Origin: Blautia sp.
Lineage (GTDB): Bacteria > Bacillota > Clostridia > Lachnospirales > Lachnospiraceae
NCBI GenBank assembly: GCA_017475035.1
Contig: JAFVGK010000121.1
Location: 13,015 to 77,014, forward strand
DNA length: 64,000 bases
Direction of reading: 5' to 3'
Shown here: positions 1 through 9,173 of the stretch, in pieces
Position numbering within the stretch: the stretch's first letter is position 1
Layout of the letters: every line of letters starts with the position of its first letter
The notes under the pieces: model-generated
Databases searched by the model: none
What the model was told of the DNA's origin: nothing
Seen by the model: the letters and a program-made list of their open reading frames with translations, nothing else
Translations under genes and position numbers: made by a program

Positions 1-1
1 C

Positions 2-1285
2 TACAATGTGAAAGACACGACCGAGTGGGAGGGATTAAAGGGTACTTTGGAGATTATGCCTTTGTCTTCAACTTCCATCGTCGCTGATCCTGAGTTATAT
101 GTCGCGCAGCTGTACTATGCCGCGGCTGATCCGGAAACATTGAGCACCCTTGACCAGGACGCATTTGATGAGCTTTTCATAGTTTCTCCGGGATTGATTT
201 TCACAATCAGAGGCAATAAGGAGCAGCTTGTAGAGATATTGATAGGACTGAGGTTCGCAGATCAGAGCGATCGGGAAAGTGTTGCGGACAGCCTGATTCA
301 GATCGGCGAGGCAGATGATTATCAATTCTACGCTTATATCGATCTGAATGAAGAGTATGCGGATTCCCTGGATGAGGAATATAAAGAGGATTACAATCAT
401 CTTTCGGATTTGATTTTGAAAGAGCTGGGGAATGCGGAGTATTATGCTCCCATTGATCCGCTGAAGGCAACAGAAGGACAGAAGCTCAGTTTTACCACTA
501 CGGATCTGGACGGCAATACAGTGACCAGCGAGGAACTGTTCGGGGAAAATGAGATCACCATGGTTAACCTGTGGGGCATATGGTGCATCAATTGCGTGAA
601 TGAAATGGAAGAGCTGGCAGAGATCCATACAAGACTGCAGGAGAAAGGCTGCGGAATTGTCGGCCTTGAGTGGGAGCAAAATCCAGGCGAGGAAACGTAT
701 CAACAGGCAAGAAATCTGATGCTCGAAAAGGGTACGAACTATCCGAGCGTGCTGATGCCGACGAACAATGAGATCCTGAATACTGTGACGGGATTCCCGA
801 CGACATTCTATGTGGATAAGGAAGGCATAATTCTGACATATCCGATTGTCGGTGCCCAGGTGAACAAATATGAACCTGTATTGGAGAAGCTTCTGGAAAG
901 CTCTTCCATAATGGAAGAGGAGACAGAGGACGAAACAGAAGAGGAGACAGGAGAAGAAACAGAAGTCGAAACAGCAGAAGAGACGGCAGCAGCTCTGGCA
1001 GAAGAAGCGGCAGAAGAGTCAGCCGAAGGAAACTTCACCTACAGAGTCTTCATAAAGGATGAGGAAGACAATCCGCTGAAGGATGCGATCGTACAATTCT
1101 GTGATGACACATGCTGCATACTGGGCCATACGGACGAAAACGGCTGCATCGTATTTGAAGTGTCTGAAGAAAAGTCATATGAGGTACATATTCTGGCTGC
1201 ACCGGATGGATATGTCTTTGATGAAGAAGTCGTTTATACGGGTGAGACAGCTTCAGATACAACGCTTGTATTGAAGAAGGAATAA
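2..1285 (+). CDS. TlpA/ResA-like thiol-disulfide oxidoreductase (redoxin) with acidic linker and C-terminal Cys-containing domain; probably 5'-truncated by the window edge
   Basis: FTTTDLDGNTV...MVNLWGIWCINCVNEMEEL...GFPTTFYVDKEG is a thioredoxin-fold TlpA signature (WCxxC, cis-Pro). The frame is open back to base 2. Confidence 0.8.
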   Translation, partial: YNVKDTTEWEGLKGTLEIMPLSSTSIVADPELYVAQLYYAAADPETLSTLDQDAFDELFIVSPGLIFTIRGNKEQLVEILIGLRFADQSDRESVADSLIQIGEADDYQFYAYIDLNEEYADSLDEEYKEDYNHLSDLILKELGNAEYYAPIDPLKATEGQKLSFTTTDLDGNTVTSEELFGENEITMVNLWGIWCINCVNEMEELAEIHTRLQEKGCGIVGLEWEQNPGEETYQQARNLMLEKGTNYPSVLMPTNNEILNTVTGFPTTFYVDKEGIILTYPIVGAQVNKYEPVLEKLLESSSIMEEETEDETEEETGEETEVETAEETAAALAEEAAEESAEGNFTYRVFIKDEEDNPLKDAIVQFCDDTCCILGHTDENGCIVFEVSEEKSYEVHILAAPDGYVFDEEVVYTGETASDTTLVLKKE

Positions 1286-1528
1286 GAATCAATGTATTTG
1301 TGAGAAGTGTTCTTAAGAATGTTAGGAAATCAAATATACACATTATAAGGGCGGAGCAATCGTTGTTTCCTGTTCACCGGCAGCAGCCTTCTGCATGATC
1401 TCCATCGCGCCTATCAGATATGTCTGATATTTCAGGAATTATGCATCATCTTCGGTGATGGTATCTGAAATTCACTGATCGATCTGAGACTTCTTTTCAT
1501 CTGAAATCTGCATATCCCCCTATGGGGC

Positions 1529-1557
1529 TTGCAGTGTATTGATAGGAATTGTATACT
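1529..1557 (+). promoter_or_regulatory. Putative sigma-A promoter of cbiM
   Basis: TTGCAG-17 bp-TATACT, about 40 nt upstream of the ATG at 1597; RBS AAGGGGG follows. Confidence 0.55.
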
Positions 1558-1596
1558 TAAGGAAATTCCAATGAGCAATAAAGGGGGTATTGTGTT

Positions 1597-2646
1597 ATGC
1601 ATATGGCAGACGCCTTGCTGTCACCTGGCGTGGCGGCAACGATGTACGCAGCTTCGGGTATCACAGCTGGAATTTCCATTTACAAGCTGAAGAAAGACGA
1701 TGAAGCCCAGAAACTTCCGGTTATGGCAGTTACAGCTGCTTTGGTCTTTGCGGGACAGATGATCAATTATTCCATACCCGGCACAGGTTCTTCCGGACAT
1801 CTGTGCGGAGGTATGCTTCTCTCCGCACTGCTCGGACCACAGGCAGGGTTTCTGTCCATGATTGTGATCCTTGCGATTCAATGCTTGTTTTTTGCTGACG
1901 GCGGACTCATGGCTTTAGGCGCAAATATCTGGAATATGGCCTTTTATGGGTGCTTTGTAGGATATTACTTGATATGGCGCCCCATCGTGAAGAGCCATTT
2001 GTTCGGCGAAGATAAAGCAGGACAGCGCTTACGGATCGCTGCCGCATCTGTAATCGGCTGCGTTGCCACGCTGCAGCTAGGCGCTTTCTCCGTTGTATTG
2101 GAAACCAGCCTTTCCGGCATTACCGAGCTGCCCTTCGGCGCTTTTGCCGCGCTGATGCAGCCGATTCACCTCGCAATAGGACTTGTTGAGGGTTTCATTA
2201 CCTCGGCGGTGCTCCTTTTTGTATATGAAACAAGACCTGAGCTTTTACAGGAGATTGAAGCAGGAGAGAGTAAGAACACAAAACGCTCCCTGAAAACAGT
2301 CGTCGCAATTCTGGCAGCTGTAGCGGTAGTTGTCGGAGGCGGGCTGAGTCTTCTGGCAAGCTCTGATCCGGATGGACTGGAATGGGCGCTTTTCGGCAAC
2401 GCTGAAAAAGGATATGCCGGGAATATGGCCCTTGATGAAGAATCCTTTGGGGTAACCAGTAAAGCCGCTGATACAGCCGGAGCGATACAGGAAAAAACTT
2501 CATTTCTTCCGGATTATGCATTTCCCGAAAGTGAATCGTCACTCGGCACAACGGTCTCAGGCCTTGTCGGATCTGTAATGGTGGCAGGCGCCGCAGTTCT
2601 GATCTGCATTGCAGGAGGCTTCTTCCGCAGGAAAAAGAAAATATAA
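1597..2646 (+). CDS. cbiM: ECF-type Co/Ni transporter substrate component, CbiM/NikM fused to a PDGLE domain (CbiMN/NikMN type)
   Basis: N-terminal MHMAD metal-binding motif, GSSGHLCGG, several TM helices, SSDPDGLEW motif. Confidence 0.9.
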   Translation: MHMADALLSPGVAATMYAASGITAGISIYKLKKDDEAQKLPVMAVTAALVFAGQMINYSIPGTGSSGHLCGGMLLSALLGPQAGFLSMIVILAIQCLFFADGGLMALGANIWNMAFYGCFVGYYLIWRPIVKSHLFGEDKAGQRLRIAAASVIGCVATLQLGAFSVVLETSLSGITELPFGAFAALMQPIHLAIGLVEGFITSAVLLFVYETRPELLQEIEAGESKNTKRSLKTVVAILAAVAVVVGGGLSLLASSDPDGLEWALFGNAEKGYAGNMALDEESFGVTSKAADTAGAIQEKTSFLPDYAFPESESSLGTTVSGLVGSVMVAGAAVLICIAGGFFRRKKKI

Positions 2647-2660
2647 TAAGGGAATCATGG

Positions 2661-2687
2661 AAAGGGCATCGCTTGATGTCCTTTTTT
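2661..2687 (+). terminator. Intrinsic terminator-like hairpin between cbiM and cbiQ
   Basis: AAAGGGCATC-GCTT-GATGTCCTTT followed by a T run. Confidence 0.6.
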
Positions 2688-2844
2688 ATAGTATGATTCA
2701 GGCTGTATGCCAGTGGCATGCGTTTAGCGACGACCGTTTCTGGTATTCAGTGGGCGCGTTTAGAAACGAAAAAGTTTCTTTACTTCAAGAAAAACCCTGA
2801 AAAAAGGATTATCAGGATCATTGCATGAAAAGAAAGAGTCTTCA

Positions 2845-3648
2845 ATGAATAAGATGCAAAAGGCAATACAGGGACTGGCCGAAATGGACGAACTGGCATC
2901 CCGTTCTTCACCGATTCACAATCTTCACCCTGCGGCGAAGCTGATTACGACAATCATCTATATCCTTATGACACTATCCTTTGAAAAGTACGATTTAAGC
3001 GGCTTGATCCCCATGATACTTTGGCCTGTTTTGCTTTTTCAGATCTCCGGGATTGAGATAAAGACCTGCTTTTATAAACTCCGTATCGTTCTGCCGCTTG
3101 TTATGGCTGTAGGTATTTTTAATCCGGTTTTTGATAAAACCATCGTTCTTCAGCTCGGCAGTTTTGCAATATCCGGCGGGATGATATCCATGTTGACTCT
3201 TATGCTGAAAGGCGTTTTATGCCTGATGGCTTCTTTTCTGTTGATGGCAGTCACACGGATTGACAGTCTTTGCGCTGCTCTGCGTCAGCTTCATATTCCC
3301 GGACTGCTTGTTACGCTCTTATTATTAACATACCGGTATGTGGGTGTGATGGTCAGAGAGGTTGCCGTCATGACGGACGCCTACCATCTGCGCGCACCAG
3401 GACAAAAGGGAGTCCATATTTCCGCCTGGGGATCCTTTTTAGGCCAGTTATTGCTGCGCAGCATGGACAAGGCGCAGGAACTGTATGCCAGTATGCTTTT
3501 GCGGGGGTATCGTCATCAGTTCTATTATGCCGAAATCAGACGCTTTTCAATACAGGATGCATTGTATATCTGTGGCTGTGTCATACTCTTTGTCTTCTTC
3601 AGAAACGTAGAAGTTGCCCGGCTTCTTGGAGGAATTTTGGTGAGGTAA
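2845..3648 (+). CDS. cbiQ: ECF transporter transmembrane T component CbiQ/NikQ
   Basis: SPIHNLHPAAKL, LTYRY, LLRSMDKAQELYASMLLRGY. ATG 2845 chosen over TTG 2821. Confidence 0.88.
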   Translation: MNKMQKAIQGLAEMDELASRSSPIHNLHPAAKLITTIIYILMTLSFEKYDLSGLIPMILWPVLLFQISGIEIKTCFYKLRIVLPLVMAVGIFNPVFDKTIVLQLGSFAISGGMISMLTLMLKGVLCLMASFLLMAVTRIDSLCAALRQLHIPGLLVTLLLLTYRYVGVMVREVAVMTDAYHLRAPGQKGVHISAWGSFLGQLLLRSMDKAQELYASMLLRGYRHQFYYAEIRRFSIQDALYICGCVILFVFFRNVEVARLLGGILVR

Positions 3649-3652
3649 GCAG

Positions 3653-4402
3653 ATGATCGAATTTCAGCATGTGAGTTTTTCTTATGAAAAGGACCGTCCG
3701 GTTCTCAAAGACCTTTCCTTTCACATGGAAAAAGGCGAGAAGGTAGGATTGATTGGCCCGAACGGCGCCGGAAAATCAACGGTTATGAAGCTTCTTCTCG
3801 GCCTTTTGGAGGGAGAAGGGAAAATTCTGGTAGATGGCAAGGAACTAACCCGGGCTGTATACGAAGAGGTACGCCGAAAGCTTGGCCTCGTATTACAAAA
3901 CTCTGACAACCAGATGTTCATGCCCACGGTCTATGAGGATATGATTTTTGCACCTTTAAACTATAAACTCAGTCGGGAAGAAGCGGAAGCCCGTGTGGAT
4001 AACATTCTGGCCCGTCTGCATCTGGAGGATCTGAAATACCGTTACAACCATAAAATATCCGGCGGAGAGAAACGCATGACCGCAATTGCAACGATTCTGG
4101 CGATGGAACCGGAGATGCTTTTGATGGACGAGCCGACCTCAGCCCTTGACCCATATTACCGACGGATTGTAATCAATACCATCCGCTCCCTCAGCCAGAC
4201 CATGCTGATCACCTCACACGACCTGGATATGATTCTGGACACATGCAGCCGTGTCATCCTGCTGTCCGACGGAACAATTGCAGCAGACGGAGCAGCGAAA
4301 TACATTCTGTATGATCAGGCCCTTCTGGAGAAGCACCATCTGGAACTGCCATTGTCTGTAATGGGCAGAGAGAAAGAGACATCCGCCGGGGAGCCATGGT
4401 AA
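3653..4402 (+). CDS. cbiO: ECF transporter ATPase CbiO/NikO
   Basis: Walker A GPNGAGKST, ISGGEKR signature, MDEPTSALD; operon context. Confidence 0.9.
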   Translation: MIEFQHVSFSYEKDRPVLKDLSFHMEKGEKVGLIGPNGAGKSTVMKLLLGLLEGEGKILVDGKELTRAVYEEVRRKLGLVLQNSDNQMFMPTVYEDMIFAPLNYKLSREEAEARVDNILARLHLEDLKYRYNHKISGGEKRMTAIATILAMEPEMLLMDEPTSALDPYYRRIVINTIRSLSQTMLITSHDLDMILDTCSRVILLSDGTIAADGAAKYILYDQALLEKHHLELPLSVMGREKETSAGEPW

Positions 4403-4497
4403 ACCTTGGATTCGAGCACTAAGTCATTGTTACCCGTCTGATTTGTTTCAGAGTGTAACCTTTCAGAATTTCATTATACAAAACAACTTTCACTACC

Positions 4498-4732
4498 CAG
4501 CTCGGCTCATACCGTAGAGGCGGACGGATCGATGTCACAATGAGCGACGCATTCGAAAAATAACCGACGAGACTGAAACCGATGGGAGACTTGAGGTCTG
4601 AGGTGGCTCCGGCTCTTCCGGAGACATCTCAGACCTTTAGTCTCCCACGGGAGATGGCTCGTCAGTTATTTTTCGGCTAAGCGAAAGTGACATCGATCCG
4701 GGAGCCCTCGAAAACCTTGAAGCCGAGCGTCA
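4498..4732 (+). repeat. Family A rod-like hairpin repeat, copy 1
   Basis: Nested inverted repeats GCTCGGCT/AGCCGAGC, CGGATCGATGTCAC/GTGACATCGATCCG, CGAAAAATAAC/GTTATTTTTCG, TGGGAGACT/AGTCTCCCA, AGGTCTGAG/CTCAGACCT, TCCGG/CCGGA. A closely similar copy lies at 29535-29771. Confidence 0.9.
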
Positions 4733-4867
4733 AGCTATTTTGCTTCAGCAAGAAGAACAGCACACAACTGCAACCATAGCGTTGAAATCAAAAGAAAGAT
4801 ATGATAAAATATCGTAAAAACGAACAACACGCAAGAACGAAACCCAGGCAATCAGATGGAGGCTCAC

Positions 4868-5602
4868 ATGAATGTAATAACGATAATCATGATAATGTGC
4901 ATTATATTTACCGGTTCAGGCGTACAAAGCGCCTTAGGCTTTGGAACCACGATGATCACGATGGGCCTGCTTCCCCTGCTCATGAGCTACAGCAAAGCAA
5001 TGGGCCTCTCCATTATTATGGTGAGTATCAGTACCGTTTATGTCAGCGTGAAATACCGTGATTCGATTCAATGGAAAATCATGCTTCCGTTTCTCATTCC
5101 GACAGCCATCATCTGCGGCCTTGTCAATCTTCTTTCCGCAAAGGTCAGCTCCAACATGATGTATCTGCTCCTGGGATTTATGTTTGTGGCAGTATCAATC
5201 TTCTTTTTCTTCTTTTCAAAAAAAATAACGATCAGACCTACGATAGCGTCAGGAACGATCCTCGGCGTAATATGCGGCATCTTCTACGGATTGTTCGCCT
5301 CCGGTGGTCCGACGGCCGCGTTATACCTGCTGCCGGCGACCAAAACCAAAAAGGAATATCTTGCAACCATCCAGGCCTTCCTTTGTGTGAATAACCTTGT
5401 AATCCTTGTGATCAGCCTTATTCTGGGACGACTGGATATGACGGATCTTCCTATGGTTATTTACGGAGCGATTGCAATGATAGCGGGGACACTGTTCGGC
5501 CTGGTCATCCATGAAAAGATACCCTCGGATTCATTCGGAAAGGTGATCTATGCCTTCGTCGGGCTCGGAGGACTGTGGATTATCATCAGCCATATGATGT
5601 AA
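4868..5602 (+). CDS. TauE/SafE (TSUP) family membrane transporter
   Basis: GSGVQSALGFG and GLFASGGP motifs, about 8 TM segments; GGAGG RBS before ATG 4868. Confidence 0.8.
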   Translation: MNVITIIMIMCIIFTGSGVQSALGFGTTMITMGLLPLLMSYSKAMGLSIIMVSISTVYVSVKYRDSIQWKIMLPFLIPTAIICGLVNLLSAKVSSNMMYLLLGFMFVAVSIFFFFFSKKITIRPTIASGTILGVICGIFYGLFASGGPTAALYLLPATKTKKEYLATIQAFLCVNNLVILVISLILGRLDMTDLPMVIYGAIAMIAGTLFGLVIHEKIPSDSFGKVIYAFVGLGGLWIIISHMM

Positions 5603-5618
5603 TCAGGCGCAGGAATTC

Positions 5619-5667
5619 AAAAAAGGTCATGCAAAAATGAAAGACTCATTTTGCATGACCTTTTTTT
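5619..5667. terminator. Bidirectional terminator between convergent tauE-like gene and pxpA (family D hairpin)
   Basis: A6-GGTCATGCAAAA...TTTTGCATGACC-T7. Confidence 0.8.
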
Positions 5668-5748
5668 ATCCCAGAGCCGCCCAAAGGAAGAAGGATGGAT
5701 CCTTATCTCGGCTATCCCAAAGCCACTTTAAGAAAGATGTGCGATCGA

Positions 5749-6525
5749 TCAAACGAACTCGGACAAAGGAGCTATTTTAATTCCTTCCGCTTCCAATGTA
5801 CTGCGGATTTCAAGTACAAAGTCCAAAGCTTTCACATTATCCCCATGTACACAGACAGAATCCGGATGGATCTCAATTTCACTGCCGTCACAGGCTGTGA
5901 TCCTGTGCTCCTTGACCATGCGGATGACACGGCGGATCGCTTCTTTTTCATCGTGGATGACAGAACCCTCCATGCTTCTGGGCATGAGACTTCCATCCGG
6001 CATATACGCCCGGTCCGCAAACACTTCATTTGCGGTGCGCAGTCCGATATCCTGAGCCGCACGTATGCTTTCGCTTCCGGACAACCCCATCAGGATCAGA
6101 TCAGGATCGAAAGCCTTAACTGCCCTGGCAATGGCCAAAGCAAGAGCATAATCCTTGCCTGCCATATTGTAAAGAGCCCCATGGGGTTTAACATGCCGGA
6201 TTTTCGCTCCGGCTGATTTCGCAAAAGCATAGAGCGCCCCGAGCTGATACGTGATGTAAGCGCCGGCTGCAGAAGGTGAGACGCTCATGTTCCTCCGGCC
6301 GAAGCCCATCAGGTCAGGATAACCGGGATGCGCGCCGATTCCGATGCCGGCTTCCACAGCCATATTTACGGTTTTCAGCATGACCTCCGGGTCGGATGCA
6401 TGAAAGCCGCAGGCGATATTGCAGGAAGAAATCAAAGGAATAACCCTGTCATCCATTCCGATGGTATAAGCGCCAAAGCTCTCGCCTAAGTCACAGTTCA
6501 AATCTATCATTGCCATATCGTTCAC
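5749..6525 (-). CDS. pxpA: 5-oxoprolinase subunit A (LamB/YcsF)
   Basis: IDLNCDLGESFG, NIACGFHA, GAHPGYPDLMGFGRR, HVKPHGALYN, EVFADRAY, CVHGD. Confidence 0.95.
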   Translation of the reverse strand: MNDMAMIDLNCDLGESFGAYTIGMDDRVIPLISSCNIACGFHASDPEVMLKTVNMAVEAGIGIGAHPGYPDLMGFGRRNMSVSPSAAGAYITYQLGALYAFAKSAGAKIRHVKPHGALYNMAGKDYALALAIARAVKAFDPDLILMGLSGSESIRAAQDIGLRTANEVFADRAYMPDGSLMPRSMEGSVIHDEKEAIRRVIRMVKEHRITACDGSEIEIHPDSVCVHGDNVKALDFVLEIRSTLEAEGIKIAPLSEFV

Positions 6526-6532
6526 CTTACAT

Positions 6533-7357
6533 TTATTCTTTCAGGTCAATATTCTTCACATCGAGAAGGAGCATATGCCCCGGAGCATGCGTAATCGCAA
6601 AATCCGGCCTGACATTCATAACGACGGATTGAGGGGTCACACCGCAGGGCCAGAACATGGTGACTTCTCCTTCCTTTATTTCGACGGGATCCCCAAATTC
6701 CGGGTGCCGGATATCTTTGATTCCGATCAGTGCGGGATCACCGATATGGATGGGACTTCCATGCACTTTGGGGAGGGCGGCAGTCACCGTTACAGCCTTT
6801 ACAACCTGATGCGGCGGCACCGGACGCATGGAAACAACCATTTTTCCGGAAAAAATGCCGGCAGGCACGGTATCGATTCCTGTGATATACATGGGCACGT
6901 TGCAGCCCATCGTATTGTGCCGCATTTCAATTCCTGCTTCAATCATCTCGGATTCAAAGCTGAAGGAACATCCTATGAGAAATCCGACCAGGTCATCGCT
7001 CCAGAACTGTTCCACATCTGTATACTCACCGGTACAGATCCCTTTTTCATAGATACGATACTTGGGGAAATCCTTTGCGATATCACAATCCTGTGCCACA
7101 AACCGTGTGAAGCGGCTTCCCGTATCCAACACCTCCAGGATCGGGCATGCTTTGGGATTCCGCTGCGCAAACAGCAAAAAATCATACGCCAGCTCTTTGC
7201 GAAGGATAATGAGGTTTGCCTGCGCATATCCGGGGCACAGGCCGCTGGTCGGTTCCGTATATTTTCCTTCCCTGATGATGTGGCGCATCTGTACAGGGGT
7301 CATATTTGCATAATCACTGATCATGTGCTGAATCCTTTCATGAAAAGTCTGTTTCAC
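6533..7357 (-). CDS. DUF1445/YcsI putative hydro-lyase (D-glutamate cyclase-like)
   Basis: PTSGLCPGYAQANL, QRNPKACP, GCSFSFE, FWPCGVTPQ, ITHAPGHM. Confidence 0.88.
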   Translation of the reverse strand: MKQTFHERIQHMISDYANMTPVQMRHIIREGKYTEPTSGLCPGYAQANLIILRKELAYDFLLFAQRNPKACPILEVLDTGSRFTRFVAQDCDIAKDFPKYRIYEKGICTGEYTDVEQFWSDDLVGFLIGCSFSFESEMIEAGIEMRHNTMGCNVPMYITGIDTVPAGIFSGKMVVSMRPVPPHQVVKAVTVTAALPKVHGSPIHIGDPALIGIKDIRHPEFGDPVEIKEGEVTMFWPCGVTPQSVVMNVRPDFAITHAPGHMLLLDVKNIDLKE

Positions 7358-8466
7358 TATTGCCTTTTTTTACGTTTGATAGAAGCCATGTTCCATCCGG
7401 AGCGTCTTGACCTGCGGGAAGGTGAACCTTGTCTGCCGCGAAGAACGGTAACCTTAAAGGGCTCTTTCTGTCTGTTTTTGGGGTTCCCTTCCGCCAGCAT
7501 CCGGCAATGATCCCGCCACTGTCTGTCTGCCTCCCTCATCAGCTCCTGTGCTTCATCGATGGTGCATCGTTCAAAGCGGACGACCTGCCCGGGGCGGAGC
7601 TGGGCAAAAAGAGGAATATCGACATTTATGATAGAGGCAATCTTCGCATAGCCTCCGGTGGTCTGCCGGTCGGCCATCATGACGATGGGTTCCCCGGTTC
7701 CGGCGATCTGGATGCTGCCGTTGGTGATTCCGTCGGAGAGGATATCACTGCCGTGAAGAGAGGCAACAGCCGGACCGTTCAGGCGGTAACCCATGCGGTC
7801 GCAATGACTGCTGATCGTATATTCGCTCTCATAGAATGTCCGGATGCCTTCTTTCGTGAACATGTCCTCCTGCGGACCGGGAATAACCCGGATGACAGTG
7901 GTGTCCGGATCGGAAGGCATAATCAGCCGGCGGGCGGGAACCCATCTCCAGGAAAGATCAAGTCTTCCCATCTCAGGATGGCGCAGGGATATGGTATCTC
8001 CCGCCATGAGGGCACGGCCGTGGTAACCCCCGATTCCGCATCGGAGGTTGGTGCTGCGGCTGCCCATCACCACCGGGATATCCAGGCCTCCCGCAACGGC
8101 GACAGAACCATAGGTGCCTACCTGACCTGTTGTGATACGAACGACTGTGCCGGCCGGGATATGAACGGTTTTATTGGCGGGAAAGGTTCTGCCGTTAAAT
8201 TCGATACCAAAGTCACCGCCGCAGACGGCAAGATTTACATCCTCGTCAAATCGAAGGATCGGTCCGACAAGACAAAACTCCAGTACCGCTTCCGTATCTG
8301 CATTGCCGACAAGAACATTCGCCATGTGGGAAGCAACCCTGTCCATAAATCCGCCTGGAGCAAAGCCGGTATTCTGATAACCGAGCCTTCCTTTATCCTG
8401 GATGGTGGTGCGGGGTCCGGGGAAGATCACATGTAATGCCATATTATTTGTCACCCCCTGATCCAC
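7357..8466 (-). CDS. pxpC: 5-oxoprolinase subunit C (KipA/AHS2 family) with a basic C-terminal tail
   Basis: TTIQDKGRLGYQ, GSRST, GPQED, DRMGYRL, MADRQTTGGYAKI. The start may instead be ATG near 8442/8439. Confidence 0.92.
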   Translation of the reverse strand: MDQGVTNNMALHVIFPGPRTTIQDKGRLGYQNTGFAPGGFMDRVASHMANVLVGNADTEAVLEFCLVGPILRFDEDVNLAVCGGDFGIEFNGRTFPANKTVHIPAGTVVRITTGQVGTYGSVAVAGGLDIPVVMGSRSTNLRCGIGGYHGRALMAGDTISLRHPEMGRLDLSWRWVPARRLIMPSDPDTTVIRVIPGPQEDMFTKEGIRTFYESEYTISSHCDRMGYRLNGPAVASLHGSDILSDGITNGSIQIAGTGEPIVMMADRQTTGGYAKIASIINVDIPLFAQLRPGQVVRFERCTIDEAQELMREADRQWRDHCRMLAEGNPKNRQKEPFKVTVLRGRQGSPSRRSRRSGWNMASIKRKKRQ

Positions 8467-9173
8467 TGATATGTATAGGTGTTTTCTTCCACCTGTCTGC
8501 TGATCGTCTCAAATTGTTTTTCCGAAATGGGAAGAAATCGGATGTATTCCCCTGCTTCATACAGAATCGGCTTTTCCCTCTCATGGTCATAAAGCTTCAG
8601 GGGAGTCCTTCCGATGATCTGCCAGCCGCCCGGAGACACCAGGGGGTAGACCCCTGTCTGTGCGCCGGCGATCCCGACGGAACCTTTTTCCAGCCGTTCT
8701 CTTGGATTTTTCAGACGAGGCGTGGAAAGGGAAGGATCCATACCTCCGAGGTAAACGAAGCCTGGCATGAATCCCAGCATATAGATAAGGTAATCGACAC
8801 TGCTGTGCCGTTTGATCACCTCTTCTTCCGATAATTCTGCATGGGTGCAGACTGTCTGCAGATCCGGACCATATTCTCCGCCGTAACATACCGGTATAAC
8901 AATTGTTTTTTTCTCCATCCGGTCGCTGTTTAAATCAATCCCGGACAGCTCTGCATCGATCTTTGCCGCAAGCTCATGATATCCGATTTCTACAGGACGG
9001 TAATGAACCATGAGCGTGGCGTAGGTCTGAACATATTCATTGACGCCTTCGATCGATTTTTCTGTAAGGTATTTTCTGGCGATTCGAACGATTCGGCTGA
9101 TTTCAGGATCTATTTCGCTCCCGAAAACGATCGTCAGGGCAGAATCCCCTACGGGCAGTATTTTATAATCCAT
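8451..9173 (-). CDS. pxpB: 5-oxoprolinase subunit B (KipI/AHS1 family)
   Basis: IPVCYGGEYGPDL, MLGFMPGFVYLG, GSVGIAGAQTGVYPLVSPGGWQIIGRTP. Confidence 0.95.
   Translation of the reverse strand: MDYKILPVGDSALTIVFGSEIDPEISRIVRIARKYLTEKSIEGVNEYVQTYATLMVHYRPVEIGYHELAAKIDAELSGIDLNSDRMEKKTIVIPVCYGGEYGPDLQTVCTHAELSEEEVIKRHSSVDYLIYMLGFMPGFVYLGGMDPSLSTPRLKNPRERLEKGSVGIAGAQTGVYPLVSPGGWQIIGRTPLKLYDHEREKPILYEAGEYIRFLPISEKQFETISRQVEENTYTYQWIRG

Noticed and set aside
1343-1513. Minus-strand 57-codon frame with an AGGGGG RBS and ATG but two internal stops (possible gene remnant)
   Set aside because: No recognisable family similarity; cannot be distinguished from chance without a homology search.
1286-1596. 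Cobalamin or NiCo riboswitch ahead of cbiM
   Set aside because: No B12-box or GGGAA...GCCACTG-type core and no NiCo junction motifs seen; the predicted promoter is too close to the start.
6575-8436. Long plus-strand ORFs (311 and 335 aa) opposite the pxp genes
   Set aside because: Antisense shadows of well-supported genes, with no motifs of their own.
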